This document shows, piece after piece, positions 51,263-59,459 of a stretch of DNA of 64,000 nucleotides (position 1 is its first letter; every line of letters begins with the position of its first letter). The DNA comes from an uncultured Nocardioides sp. Its GTDB lineage: Bacteria > Actinomycetota > Actinomycetes > Propionibacteriales > Nocardioidaceae. The translations under genes were made by a program, and so were the position numbers. The notes under the pieces are model-generated. The model searched no databases and was not told where the DNA came from. It saw nothing but the letters and a program-made list of their open reading frames with translations. The stretch spans positions 259,287-323,286 of the forward strand of contig CAZFEE010000003.1 of NCBI GenBank assembly GCA_964517395.1. Direction: 5' to 3'.

Positions 51263-52744
51263 ATGACGGACAGCCCCCTCATCGCGGCGATCTACGCCCG
51301 CCAGTCCCACGGCAAGACGGCGTCGATCACCCAGCAGATCGACGAGAGTAGAGCTGCGGCCGAGGAAGAGGGGTGGCCGGTAGTCACTGTGTTTCAGGAC
51401 GGCTCCTCAGCCTCGCGGTTCAGCACCAAGAGCCGAGCCGGCTGGGAGCAACTACTGACCGACCTGGACGCGCGGAGGTTCGGCGTCCTCGTGCTCTGGG
51501 AGTCCTCCCGCGGGGATCGCAGGCTCTCCACCTGGGCGGCGATGTTGGAACTCGCCCGTGACCGTGACGTACGCATCTACGTCGTCACCCACGAGCGGCT
51601 GTACGACCTGAACAACGCACGCGACTGGAAGGCCCTGGCGGAGGATGGCACCGACTCGGCCTACGAGAGCGAGAAGACGTCGCTTCGGTCTAGGCGCAAC
51701 ACTGCGGCGCTGGCCAAGTCCGGACGCCCGCACGGCATGGTGGCGTACGGTTACAAGCGAGTGCGTCAGTTCGACGACCGAGGCCGAATGGTCGACAGCC
51801 GGGACGAACTCGTCGAGGAGGAGGCCGCTCTGATTCGAGATGCGGCGCGGCGACTCCTCCGCGGAGAGTCGATGCGCTCGATCGTCAAATCCTTCAATGA
51901 GCAGGGGCGACCGTCACCGAAAGGCAAGGAGTGGAGCAGCACCCAGTTGCGCCAGGTGATGCTTCGCGACCGGAACGCCGGTCTTCGCACACACCGAGGC
52001 GTCGTGGTCGGGAAGGCTGCATGGGACCCGATCTACGACCAAGGCACACATGACCGAGTAGTGGCGACGCTCACCGATCCGACTCGGCTGGTTGGACAGA
52101 GCGATAAGGGTGCGACCCGAAAGCATCTCCTTTCCGGGCTCGCGCTGTGCGGCCGATGCGGCGGCCCGATGCGGGCCACCCCCGGCACGGTGCATCGGGG
52201 CAAGACGATCGCGCCGCGCTACCAATGCAAGGGGTGCATGAAGGTCGCCCGCAAGCAGGATCTCGTCGACGAGCTGGTCGAAGGTGCCGCGGTTCTCCGC
52301 CTCCAGGAGCCTGACACTCTCCGAGCCCTGGCCAGCGGCCAGCCCGAGCGTGCAGCCGAACTCACCAAACTCATCGCAGACGCAGCGGCCCAGTTGGACC
52401 GAGCCGTCGACAAGCTGGCCGATGGCGTATGGACCGAAGCGCAAGTGGACCGTCTCAACGCCCGGCTTCTTCCGCAGATCGAGACCTGGCGAACCGAGCG
52501 CGCGGGGTGCGCACCCCATGACGGCCTGCTCGACCTGATCGGCGAGGACGCGCGCTCGCGCTGGGACGATGCTCCGCTCGACATGAAGCGGGTGGCCTTG
52601 AGTCTGCTGATGCGCGTGACGGTGCTCCCCGCCGGCCCCGGCAAGCGCTTCGACCCTGACGCCGTAGTAGACAGCGGGGCCGGCATCGAGTGGGCGGACA
52701 TGTTGCGCATCGAGTGGCAGGTCGGGGCGATCACCCCGCGGTGA
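51263..52744 (+). CDS. Large serine recombinase (integrase)
   Basis: IYARQS catalytic Ser, D.SSAS...RAGW, recombinase domain (AYGY), zinc ribbon CGRCGGPM...YQC..C, coiled coil. TACCCT -10 is 7 nt before the ATG. Confidence 0.95.
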   Translation: MTDSPLIAAIYARQSHGKTASITQQIDESRAAAEEEGWPVVTVFQDGSSASRFSTKSRAGWEQLLTDLDARRFGVLVLWESSRGDRRLSTWAAMLELARDRDVRIYVVTHERLYDLNNARDWKALAEDGTDSAYESEKTSLRSRRNTAALAKSGRPHGMVAYGYKRVRQFDDRGRMVDSRDELVEEEAALIRDAARRLLRGESMRSIVKSFNEQGRPSPKGKEWSSTQLRQVMLRDRNAGLRTHRGVVVGKAAWDPIYDQGTHDRVVATLTDPTRLVGQSDKGATRKHLLSGLALCGRCGGPMRATPGTVHRGKTIAPRYQCKGCMKVARKQDLVDELVEGAAVLRLQEPDTLRALASGQPERAAELTKLIADAAAQLDRAVDKLADGVWTEAQVDRLNARLLPQIETWRTERAGCAPHDGLLDLIGEDARSRWDDAPLDMKRVALSLLMRVTVLPAGPGKRFDPDAVVDSGAGIEWADMLRIEWQVGAITPR

Positions 52745-53171
52745 CGTCGCCGTCCGTCAACGTCAACTCGGCGTACTCGGGGAGGTGGCGCCCGCGCGTC
52801 TCCCACCACCGCCGCCACGCCTCGATCAGCTTCGGAGTGACTCCGAGCTCGATGGCCAGTGCGGAGACGTGGTGCCCGACCAACTGCTCGGCCTTCCTGT
52901 AGTCCTGCGGCGTGATTAGCAGCGCGGCTCCGTACTCCCAAGCCCTCTTCTCCGCAGCCGGATTGGAGCAGCGGTCACCGAATCTGCGGTGGCCAAGTTC
53001 GTGAGCCAGAGTCGAGGTCGACTGACGACGGTCGAGCCGAGGGTTCAAGGCGACGCCGTCGGTCCACCAGCGGTATTCGCCGCGGCGCTTAGAGCCGAGG
53101 TCGTCGTAGGAAACCTCGATGCCCAAGTCCGCGCAGTGCTGCATGACCAGGTCGTAGCGGTCGCGGGTCAA
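52731..53171 (-). CDS. ImmA/IrrE family metallopeptidase (anti-repressor)
   Basis: STLAHELGH, E..A...AALLI, LA.ELGVT. Start uncertain. Confidence 0.88.
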   Translation of the reverse strand: MTRDRYDLVMQHCADLGIEVSYDDLGSKRRGEYRWWTDGVALNPRLDRRQSTSTLAHELGHRRFGDRCSNPAAEKRAWEYGAALLITPQDYRKAEQLVGHHVSALAIELGVTPKLIEAWRRWWETRGRHLPEYAELTLTDGDVTAG

Positions 53172-53273
53172 CGCGGCTTCATGGCCTCGAGCACTTCCCC
53201 TGTTCTCCGCTGGCCGACGGGCTTCCTCTTACCGTCGTCGCCAGGTGCACGAGGCTGCCACAGGGGTCCGACG

Positions 53274-53753
53274 CTATGGGGTGTCGTCGTGGCCCTGCTC
53301 GTCCTCAATGTCGTGCTCCTCGTCGTGCGCGGCCACGCTCAATGCTTCTAGCGCTTCCAGCTCGCGATAGACCCGGTCGCGGGTTTCATTCATGACGCTC
53401 ATTTGCGTGACGACCGGCAGCAGCGGCAGCAAGGCGCGCATCTCGGTCGAGAACCGCCGGATCTCCAGGCGGCCCACGTCTTCGATGGTGATCTCCACCT
53501 CGCCGCTCGGAGTGGGGACGGCACTGAGCTTCGTGCGCACCACCGCCTGCGCCGCTGCGAGGTCAGCAGGAAGGCCGAGCGCTTCGCGGACTCGGCGCCA
53601 AGTCGAAGGCCGTGGGTTTAGCCCCCCGGTCTCGAGGTTGTAGATCGTCTTCTCGGACACGGCAGCAGCCTCGGCGAGCTGTCGCTGGCTCATGCCGAGC
53701 CGCTCCCGTCGCTCAGCGACGAGCTCGCGCCACTCCATCTCCAAGTCTGTCAT
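53274..53753 (-). CDS. XRE-family HTH phage repressor
   Basis: RRERLGMSQRQLAEAAAVSEKTIYNLETG. Promoter TTGCGT-N18-CAGGCT ends 7 nt before the ATG. Confidence 0.88.
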   Translation of the reverse strand: MTDLEMEWRELVAERRERLGMSQRQLAEAAAVSEKTIYNLETGGLNPRPSTWRRVREALGLPADLAAAQAVVRTKLSAVPTPSGEVEITIEDVGRLEIRRFSTEMRALLPLLPVVTQMSVMNETRDRVYRELEALEALSVAAHDEEHDIEDEQGHDDTP

Positions 53754-53853
53754 GAGAGGCAGCCTGCCCGATCTTACTGCTTTTACGCAAGAGTCCAGTA
53801 AATCAACGCAAGAGACCTTGCACACATCAGTAGTTACGCCTACGTTCTTACGC
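53754..53853. promoter_or_regulatory. Divergent lysis/lysogeny promoter-operator region
   Basis: AT-rich. Rightward TTGCAC-N17-TACGTT (53818-53846); leftward TTGCGT-N18-CAGGCT. Repeats: ACGCAAGAG x2, TTACGC x3, several CAGTA. Confidence 0.75.
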
Positions 53854-54063
53854 ATGGCAGTAACTCGCAGTAGGAGCGGCGTAGGTTCCGCTCTTCGGTC
53901 GGTCCGGAAGGCCGCCGAGATGACGCTCGATGACGTCGCCCAGGCGGCCGGGATCAGCGCTCCGTACCTCTCCAACGTCGAGAACGGCAACGCGACTCCG
54001 TCGGCGAAGTGGGTGCACATGGTCCTCGAGGTCATCGGCGAGCGACTTGAGGACGTGGCATGA
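53854..54063 (+). CDS. Cro-like XRE HTH regulator
   Basis: LRSVRKAAEMTLDDVAQAAGISAPYLSNVENG. Confidence 0.88.
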   Translation: MAVTRSRSGVGSALRSVRKAAEMTLDDVAQAAGISAPYLSNVENGNATPSAKWVHMVLEVIGERLEDVA

Positions 54064-54206
54064 CCGGCGAAGACCGGCGCCCGGCCACCGGCCTCAGCGA
54101 CGAATACTTCGCCGCCTTGGTCAAGTCCGCCCCGCCGCTGACGCCCGAACAGGCCGCTCAGCTCGCCGAGATCTTGGCACCGATCAATGTCAGGGCCGTC
54201 GCGTGA
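54060..54206 (+). CDS. Putative recombination directionality factor (phiRv1 Rv1584c-like), 48 aa
   Basis: Not in the ORF track. MTGEDRRPATGLSDEYFAALVKSAPPLTPEQAAQLAEILAPINVRAVA, coupled by ATGA/GTGA overlaps. The APPLT.EQ...LAE.L.P motif recalls the phiRv1 RDF. Confidence 0.6.
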   Translation: MTGEDRRPATGLSDEYFAALVKSAPPLTPEQAAQLAEILAPINVRAVA

Positions 54207-54433
54207 GCCCCCAGAGGATCCGTCTGACTCGGACACACCTCGCCCAGCTGTCGACCGGGCGTGGCGTTCAGACAAGCCTCGACGCTGCGGCGTACGAAAG
54301 CACCGACAGCGGCTGGGACGACTGGCGCCGACCGGCCTCCCTCGCGGAGTGCTGGCCGCTCGTGCTCCTCGGCGCGGCCCCCCTGCTCGGTCTCGCGTTC
54401 GTGGTGTTCGTCGCGACGCGCGCCTCCACCTGA
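54203..54433 (+). CDS. Phage hypothetical membrane protein
   Basis: GTGA overlap; C-terminal hydrophobic helix. Confidence 0.6.
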   Translation: MSPQRIRLTRTHLAQLSTGRGVQTSLDAAAYESTDSGWDDWRRPASLAECWPLVLLGAAPLLGLAFVVFVATRAST

Positions 54434-54519
54434 GCCCCCTGCATCACCACCCACACGGCAAGCGGGGCCCGGCACATCGCTCGGCAGCGACCGGACCCCA
54501 CCTACGAACGGAGCATCCC

Positions 54520-54849
54520 ATGCACGCGATCACCCGGCTGCGCGCCGCGCGGCACCGCCGCACCATCACGAGCGGCCCCCTCGTCGGGCTCCCCGTGGCC
54601 GCACGCAAGACTCCGTACCCGAACGCCTTCCAGCCGCGGCACTGCGCCGGCGCGCAGGACCCGAGTCTGGGCTGCCTGCACACCCACCCCGGTGAGCAGA
54701 CCTGCGGGTGTGGCCAGGCCGTGCTCCCGCCGGACGGCGATGCGGTCGTGCTGCAGGTCCGCCCGGACGACACCCGCGGCGTGGCGCCGGCGCCGTTCAT
54801 CCGGCACAGCAGCGAGGGCTGCCACCAGACGAGCCCGGTGCCGGCATGA
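54520..54849 (+). CDS. Phage hypothetical protein (Cys/His-containing)
   Basis: GGAG RBS; stop overlaps the next ATG. Confidence 0.6.
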   Translation: MHAITRLRAARHRRTITSGPLVGLPVAARKTPYPNAFQPRHCAGAQDPSLGCLHTHPGEQTCGCGQAVLPPDGDAVVLQVRPDDTRGVAPAPFIRHSSEGCHQTSPVPA

Positions 54850-55481
54850 GCGCCCGGCCCGAGTACGTCTACGTCGCGAGCTCCTGGCGCAACCCGATGC
54901 AGCCCGCCGTGATCGAGGTCCTCCGGGCCGCCGGCATCGACTGCTACGACTTCCGCAACCCCGGCGGCGGCACCGGCTTCTCCTGGGCCGAGGTCAAGGG
55001 CCCGGGCCCCGAGCCGAGCTCCCCGCACTGCGAGCACTGCGGGCTCCCGATCATCCGGTCCACGTTCGCCGCCTTGGGCCGGTGGGAGCCCGACTACGAC
55101 CCCGCCAAGGACCCGGAGATCTGGCGGCACACCAGCACCGGCTACGGCTCCTGCCTCCAGGGAACCGACCGTTTCGCGATCCCGAAGAAGGGCAGCGACT
55201 GGGAGACCAAGGCCGAGTACCTCCGCATGATCGACCACCCCCGCGCGATCGAGGGCTTCGAAGCCGACTTCGCGGCCATGCAGAAGGCCGACACCTTCGT
55301 GATGGTCCTGCCCTGCGGCAAGTCTGCGCACCTCGAGCTCGGCTGGGCCGTCGGCGCCGGCAAGCGGACCGCGATCCTCCTCGAGGACCCCGTCGAGCCC
55401 GAGCTGGTGTACCGGATGGTCGACCACCTAGCGACCTCTGTGGTCGACCTCCTCGGCTGGATGGGGGTCGAGGACGCGTGA
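54846..55481 (+). CDS. Nucleoside 2-deoxyribosyltransferase-like protein with a Cys/His insertion
   Basis: VYVASSWRN, YDFRNP, DF.AM..AD..VMVLPCGKSAHLELGWAVGAGK. Confidence 0.72.
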   Translation: MSARPEYVYVASSWRNPMQPAVIEVLRAAGIDCYDFRNPGGGTGFSWAEVKGPGPEPSSPHCEHCGLPIIRSTFAALGRWEPDYDPAKDPEIWRHTSTGYGSCLQGTDRFAIPKKGSDWETKAEYLRMIDHPRAIEGFEADFAAMQKADTFVMVLPCGKSAHLELGWAVGAGKRTAILLEDPVEPELVYRMVDHLATSVVDLLGWMGVEDA

Positions 55482-55582
55482 CCCCCGACCGCTGGGCCGG
55501 GCTCGGCGCCCTCGCCTACCTGCTGGCCATCGGCCTGACCCTCTTCCTCCTCTACCGCGAGATCACCCGGAAGGACTCCTGA
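55478..55582 (+). CDS. Small phage membrane protein (34 aa)
   Basis: GTGA overlap; single TM helix. Confidence 0.55.
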   Translation: MTPDRWAGLGALAYLLAIGLTLFLLYREITRKDS

Positions 55583-55585
55583 TCC

Positions 55586-56011
55586 ATGACCACCGCACCC
55601 ATCCCCCAGCCGGACGTCGGCAGCGTCCCGGCCCCCGAGGTCACCCCAGCGCCGCGCGTCGTGGTGGCCCCCGAGGGCACCCGCCTGGAGCAGCTGCACG
55701 CCCAGTACGAGGAGGCCAAGGCCGCCAAGGACGAGGCCGAGAAGCGGTTCAAGTCGGTCACCGACGGCATCAAGGCCGAGCTCTCCACCGCCGAGCCCGG
55801 CCAGGGCAAGGTCGAGCTCCGATCCCCCGTCGGGCCGCCGCTGCGCCTGACCTACGTCGAGTCGATGCGCTTCGAGTCCAAGCGCCTCAAGGCCGACGCC
55901 GTGGCCGCCGCCCAGCGCGGGGACCAGTCCCTCGCGCTGCTCTACGCGACCTACGCGACCCAGACCGGGTCCTGGCAGCTGCGCGCGGTCAGCGGATCGG
56001 ACGCCGAGTGA
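55586..56011 (+). CDS. Phage hypothetical coiled-coil protein
   Basis: AAGGA RBS; good codon usage. Confidence 0.75.
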   Translation: MTTAPIPQPDVGSVPAPEVTPAPRVVVAPEGTRLEQLHAQYEEAKAAKDEAEKRFKSVTDGIKAELSTAEPGQGKVELRSPVGPPLRLTYVESMRFESKRLKADAVAAAQRGDQSLALLYATYATQTGSWQLRAVSGSDAE

Positions 56012-56238
56012 TGCGCGCCAAGATCGTCACGACCATCACCACCGAGCTCGGCCTCGAGACGATGGAACCGACGCACGCCATCGAGGTCGAGGACTGCGAC
56101 GGCCTCTCCGAGATTCCCGACGTGCTCGGGTCGATCGTCCTGGGCGCGTTGCGCTCGGCGGAGCGCTCGGTGCGCGCCCAGTTCCCCCGTGTTGACGGGC
56201 TCGCCGAGCGTGTGGACGCCGAGGGCGGTGAGTCCTGA
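56008..56238 (+). CDS. Phage hypothetical protein
   Basis: Overlap-coupled at both ends. Confidence 0.6.
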   Translation: MMRAKIVTTITTELGLETMEPTHAIEVEDCDGLSEIPDVLGSIVLGALRSAERSVRAQFPRVDGLAERVDAEGGES

Positions 56239-56783
56239 TGAGCGGCCTCCGCGGGTACGTCCTGACGTTGACGGCCAAATCCGAGCTCATCACCGAGACC
56301 TGCTTCTCGTGCGGGGTCCTCTTTGCCCTGACTGAGGACTTCAGGAAGCAGCGGTTGCGGGACCGGAAGAACTTCTACTGCCCGAACGGGCACGACCAGC
56401 ACTACGTCGGTGAGACCGACGCCGACCGTCTGAGGAAGGCCCAGGCGCGAGAGACCGCGCTGCGGGACCAGCTCGACGCCTCGGTGCGTGATGCCGAACA
56501 GGTGCGGCAGGCGTTGCTCCGCGACCGTCAGCGCTTCGTCAACGGCGTGTGCCCGTGCTGCAACCGCTCCTTCGAGAACGTGCGGCGGCACATGTCGAGC
56601 CAGCACCCCGACTACGACGTGACGGCGATCAAGAACCCGATCGAGTTCGCGTGCTCCTGCGGGCGGTCCTTCGGCAGCCTCCACGGCCTGCGGATCCACC
56701 AGGGCCGCAGCCGCCCGGAGAACTGGACCGACCCGAAGCTGTCGGACTACCGCCGGCACCTCACGGCAGGGGCGAGCCGATGA
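56238..56783 (+). CDS. Phage zinc-finger protein
   Basis: CFSCG...FYCPNGH, coiled coil, CPCCNRSF..V.RHM...H, CSCGRSF.....L.IH. Confidence 0.75.
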   Translation: MSGLRGYVLTLTAKSELITETCFSCGVLFALTEDFRKQRLRDRKNFYCPNGHDQHYVGETDADRLRKAQARETALRDQLDASVRDAEQVRQALLRDRQRFVNGVCPCCNRSFENVRRHMSSQHPDYDVTAIKNPIEFACSCGRSFGSLHGLRIHQGRSRPENWTDPKLSDYRRHLTAGASR

Positions 56784-57100
56784 AGCAGCAGATCGTCACG
56801 TTGTCCGCCGAGGTCGTCATCACCGTGGCCGACGACGCTCCCGAGGACTGGATCAGCCGCGCCGACGTCCTGGTGCTGCTCACCGGCGCGGCCCTGGGCC
56901 TCACCCCGGACGAGTGCGGAAGCGGTGGGCGCCACGTCGAGACCGGCTACGCGCTGGCCAAGGACAAGTGGGTGGTGGTCGTCGGCGAGGCGGAGAACAT
57001 CTTCCACCGCGTCGGCGGCTACGGCTGCCTGGTCGAGGTCGTGCCCAACTGGCTGGCTGCGGTCGGCTTCCTCGTCGAGATCCAGGGCGAAGTGCTGTGA
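56780..57100 (+). CDS. Second, N-terminally shortened nucleoside deoxyribosyltransferase-like protein
   Basis: I.RADVLVLL...SGGRHVETGYALA..K.VVVVG..ENIFH. Confidence 0.6.
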   Translation: MKQQIVTLSAEVVITVADDAPEDWISRADVLVLLTGAALGLTPDECGSGGRHVETGYALAKDKWVVVVGEAENIFHRVGGYGCLVEVVPNWLAAVGFLVEIQGEVL

Positions 57101-57519
57101 GCGCGACCGCGACCGAGAAGGGCCCGACCCGCAGGGGCACCACGAACCAGAACGTGCGCGGCAACACCGAGGACCGTCGGCGCCGTCGGGAGTACTTGGT
57201 CGAGACCTTCCGCGCAGACGCTCTGCTCTGCACCCTCAGCTTTGACGGGGCGACCACCACCCGAGCAGTCGCGCGCGGTGACCTCGAGCGATTCACCCAG
57301 GTGCAGCGCAGCATCGGCATTGCGGTCACGTCTGCTGAGGCCTGCAGGTGCTACCGCTGCGGCTTCCTACTGACCGTAGACACCGTCACGGTCGACCGGA
57401 TCATCCCTGGGTGCAAGGGCGGTACGTACCGGCGCAGCAACATCCGGCCGGCGTGCGAGGACTGCAACTCGGAGACGGGCGGCGGGCTGTCCAAGGGCGG
57501 ACGGGGGCATGCGGCGTGA
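57097..57519 (+). CDS. HNH endonuclease family protein (actinophage type)
   Basis: CYRCG...VTVDRIIPG..GGTY...NIRPAC..CN. Confidence 0.8.
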   Translation: MSATATEKGPTRRGTTNQNVRGNTEDRRRRREYLVETFRADALLCTLSFDGATTTRAVARGDLERFTQVQRSIGIAVTSAEACRCYRCGFLLTVDTVTVDRIIPGCKGGTYRRSNIRPACEDCNSETGGGLSKGGRGHAA

Positions 57520-58346
57520 CCGCCCCGACCATGTCTCCGGACGAGTTCATGGCGACCGCGGCGAAGTCCTCGCCGAGCGGGTCGAGCACCTGGGCCAGCC
57601 TGTACGCCGGCGAGCTCAAGCGCGTCTTCCTCGACCACGCCGCCCGCGCGCCGCGCACGCTGCAGCAGCACCTCGGCCCGTCCGAGATCGGTGTGGAGTG
57701 CGACCGGCAGGTCGTTGGGAAGATGGCCGCCCTGCCCGCCACGAACCACGTCAGCGACCCGTGGCCGAGCCTCGTCGGCACCGCGCTGCACGCCTGGGCC
57801 GAGGGCGCCTTCCAGGCCGACAACGTGCGCCGCGGCGTGCTGCGGTGGCTGACCGAGACCAAGGTCAACCCGCACCCCGACCACCCCGGCACCGCCGACC
57901 TGTACGACGCCGTCGAGGTCGCGGTCGTCGACCACAAGTTCCTCGGCGAGTCGTCGATGGCGAAGGTGCGCAAGGACCCGCCGCGCAAGTACCGGCGCCA
58001 GCTCATGCTCTACGGCCTGGGCTACATCAAGCTCGGCCTGCCCGTGCGCCGCGTCGCGTTGGCGGCCTACCCGCGGACCGCGCCGAGCCTGGACGGGCTC
58101 TACGTGTGGGACCACGAGCTGACCAGCGACGGCTTCACCCTGCTCCCCGACGTGCTCGCCGAGCTCGAGGACACCTTCGCCGAGACCGCCCGCCGGCGTG
58201 CCATGGCCGACGAGCTGATCGCCGGGCGCCTGCCGTTTAACGCGGTGCCCAAGGACACCAGCGACTGCTACTTCTGCCCGTTCTACCGGCCCCAGGCCGC
58301 GGCCGACGGCGGCACCGGCTGCCCGGGCCCGAAGAACGGCCCGTAG
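57516..58346 (+). CDS. PD-(D/E)XK Cas4/RecB-like phage exonuclease
   Basis: LGPSEIG..CDR, GTALH, GTADLYD....VVDHK, Q...YG.G, CYFCPF...C. Confidence 0.85.
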   Translation: MTAPTMSPDEFMATAAKSSPSGSSTWASLYAGELKRVFLDHAARAPRTLQQHLGPSEIGVECDRQVVGKMAALPATNHVSDPWPSLVGTALHAWAEGAFQADNVRRGVLRWLTETKVNPHPDHPGTADLYDAVEVAVVDHKFLGESSMAKVRKDPPRKYRRQLMLYGLGYIKLGLPVRRVALAAYPRTAPSLDGLYVWDHELTSDGFTLLPDVLAELEDTFAETARRRAMADELIAGRLPFNAVPKDTSDCYFCPFYRPQAAADGGTGCPGPKNGP

Positions 58347-58448
58347 CGCTCCACCAGTCTCCCCGCGCCCAATCCCTGAGCGCGGGGTCTGCCGGCCCAA
58401 CCGCCTAACGCGGGTCGGTCCCTTCCATCACCAGCAGAAAGCACGCTC

Positions 58449-59453
58449 ATGACCCAGCAGCCGTTCTACCCCCAGCAGTTCCCGCAGCAGCCCTACCCCG
58501 TCGACTCCGGCCCGCAGGGGTATCCCCCGCAGCAGGGCTACGCCCAGCCGGGCTACCCCCCGCAGCAGGGCTACCCGCCCGCGTTCCCCCAGCAGGGGTA
58601 CGCGCCGCAGGTCGCTCCCCAGGCGCCGGCCCAGCCGCTCGCCAACGGGTCGCTCGACGACTTCTACGCGCAGCCGTCGAGCAGCAGCGGGCCGGGCATC
58701 AAGTGGACCAACCCCGACGGATCGCAGAAGCCCATCGGCACCTCGTACACGGGCACGGTCGCCCGGGACGTGACGCACGGTGACGTGCAGCAGATCACGA
58801 ACCCGCAGGGCGTGCCGCAGTTCTACCGCGACGGTCGTCCGAAGTTCCAGATGAAGGTTCCGCTCAAGCTGCAGCACCCCGAGTTCCCCGACGGTGAGGC
58901 CACCTTCTACGTGAAGGGCCAGGCCAAGGACGAGCTCACCCGGGCCATGACGGCCCTCGGGCTGGATGGCTCCCCGAAGGGTGGCGACGTCATCCGCGTC
59001 ACGCTGGTCCAGCGGCGTCCCAACCCCGGGATGCAGCCGACCAACGTCGTGCAGATCGACTACCACCGCCCCGACGGCGGCCAGTCCGCCCAGGGCCAGC
59101 CGGCCCAGCAGGTCCAGCAGCCGGTCCCGACGGAGGCACCTTCCCCGGTCGCCGTCGCCCAGCCGCAGGTCCAGCAGCCCCAGATCCAGCCGGGGCAGCC
59201 GCAGGTCAACCCGTACGCCCAGGGCGGCCAGGTCGTCCAGCAGGCGCCGGGCCAGCAGTTCCCGCAGCAGCCCCAGGGTGGCCAGGTCGTCCAGCAGCCG
59301 GTGCAGGGCCAGCAGCCCCAGCAGCCGACCTTCCCGCCGGCACAGCAGCCCCAGCAGCAGGCCCCGGGGCAGATCGCCTTGCCGGACACGCTGAACCCGG
59401 GCCAGCAGGCGCTGTTCGCCCAGCTCGCCGGCACCCAGCAGGCGCAGGGCTGA
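58449..59453 (+). CDS. Probable phage ssDNA-binding protein with Pro/Gln-rich termini
   Basis: Beta-rich core (G.V...Q...G.P..Y.DGRPK.Q) between exonuclease and helicase. Low-complexity GYPPQQ and QQP tails. Confidence 0.6.
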   Translation: MTQQPFYPQQFPQQPYPVDSGPQGYPPQQGYAQPGYPPQQGYPPAFPQQGYAPQVAPQAPAQPLANGSLDDFYAQPSSSSGPGIKWTNPDGSQKPIGTSYTGTVARDVTHGDVQQITNPQGVPQFYRDGRPKFQMKVPLKLQHPEFPDGEATFYVKGQAKDELTRAMTALGLDGSPKGGDVIRVTLVQRRPNPGMQPTNVVQIDYHRPDGGQSAQGQPAQQVQQPVPTEAPSPVAVAQPQVQQPQIQPGQPQVNPYAQGGQVVQQAPGQQFPQQPQGGQVVQQPVQGQQPQQPTFPPAQQPQQQAPGQIALPDTLNPGQQALFAQLAGTQQAQG

Positions 59454-59459
59454 TCCACC

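Noticed and set aside
57516..58346. Cas4-like nuclease as evidence of CRISPR-Cas
   Set aside because: No repeat-spacer array or other cas genes seen; the context is a phage recombination/replication module.
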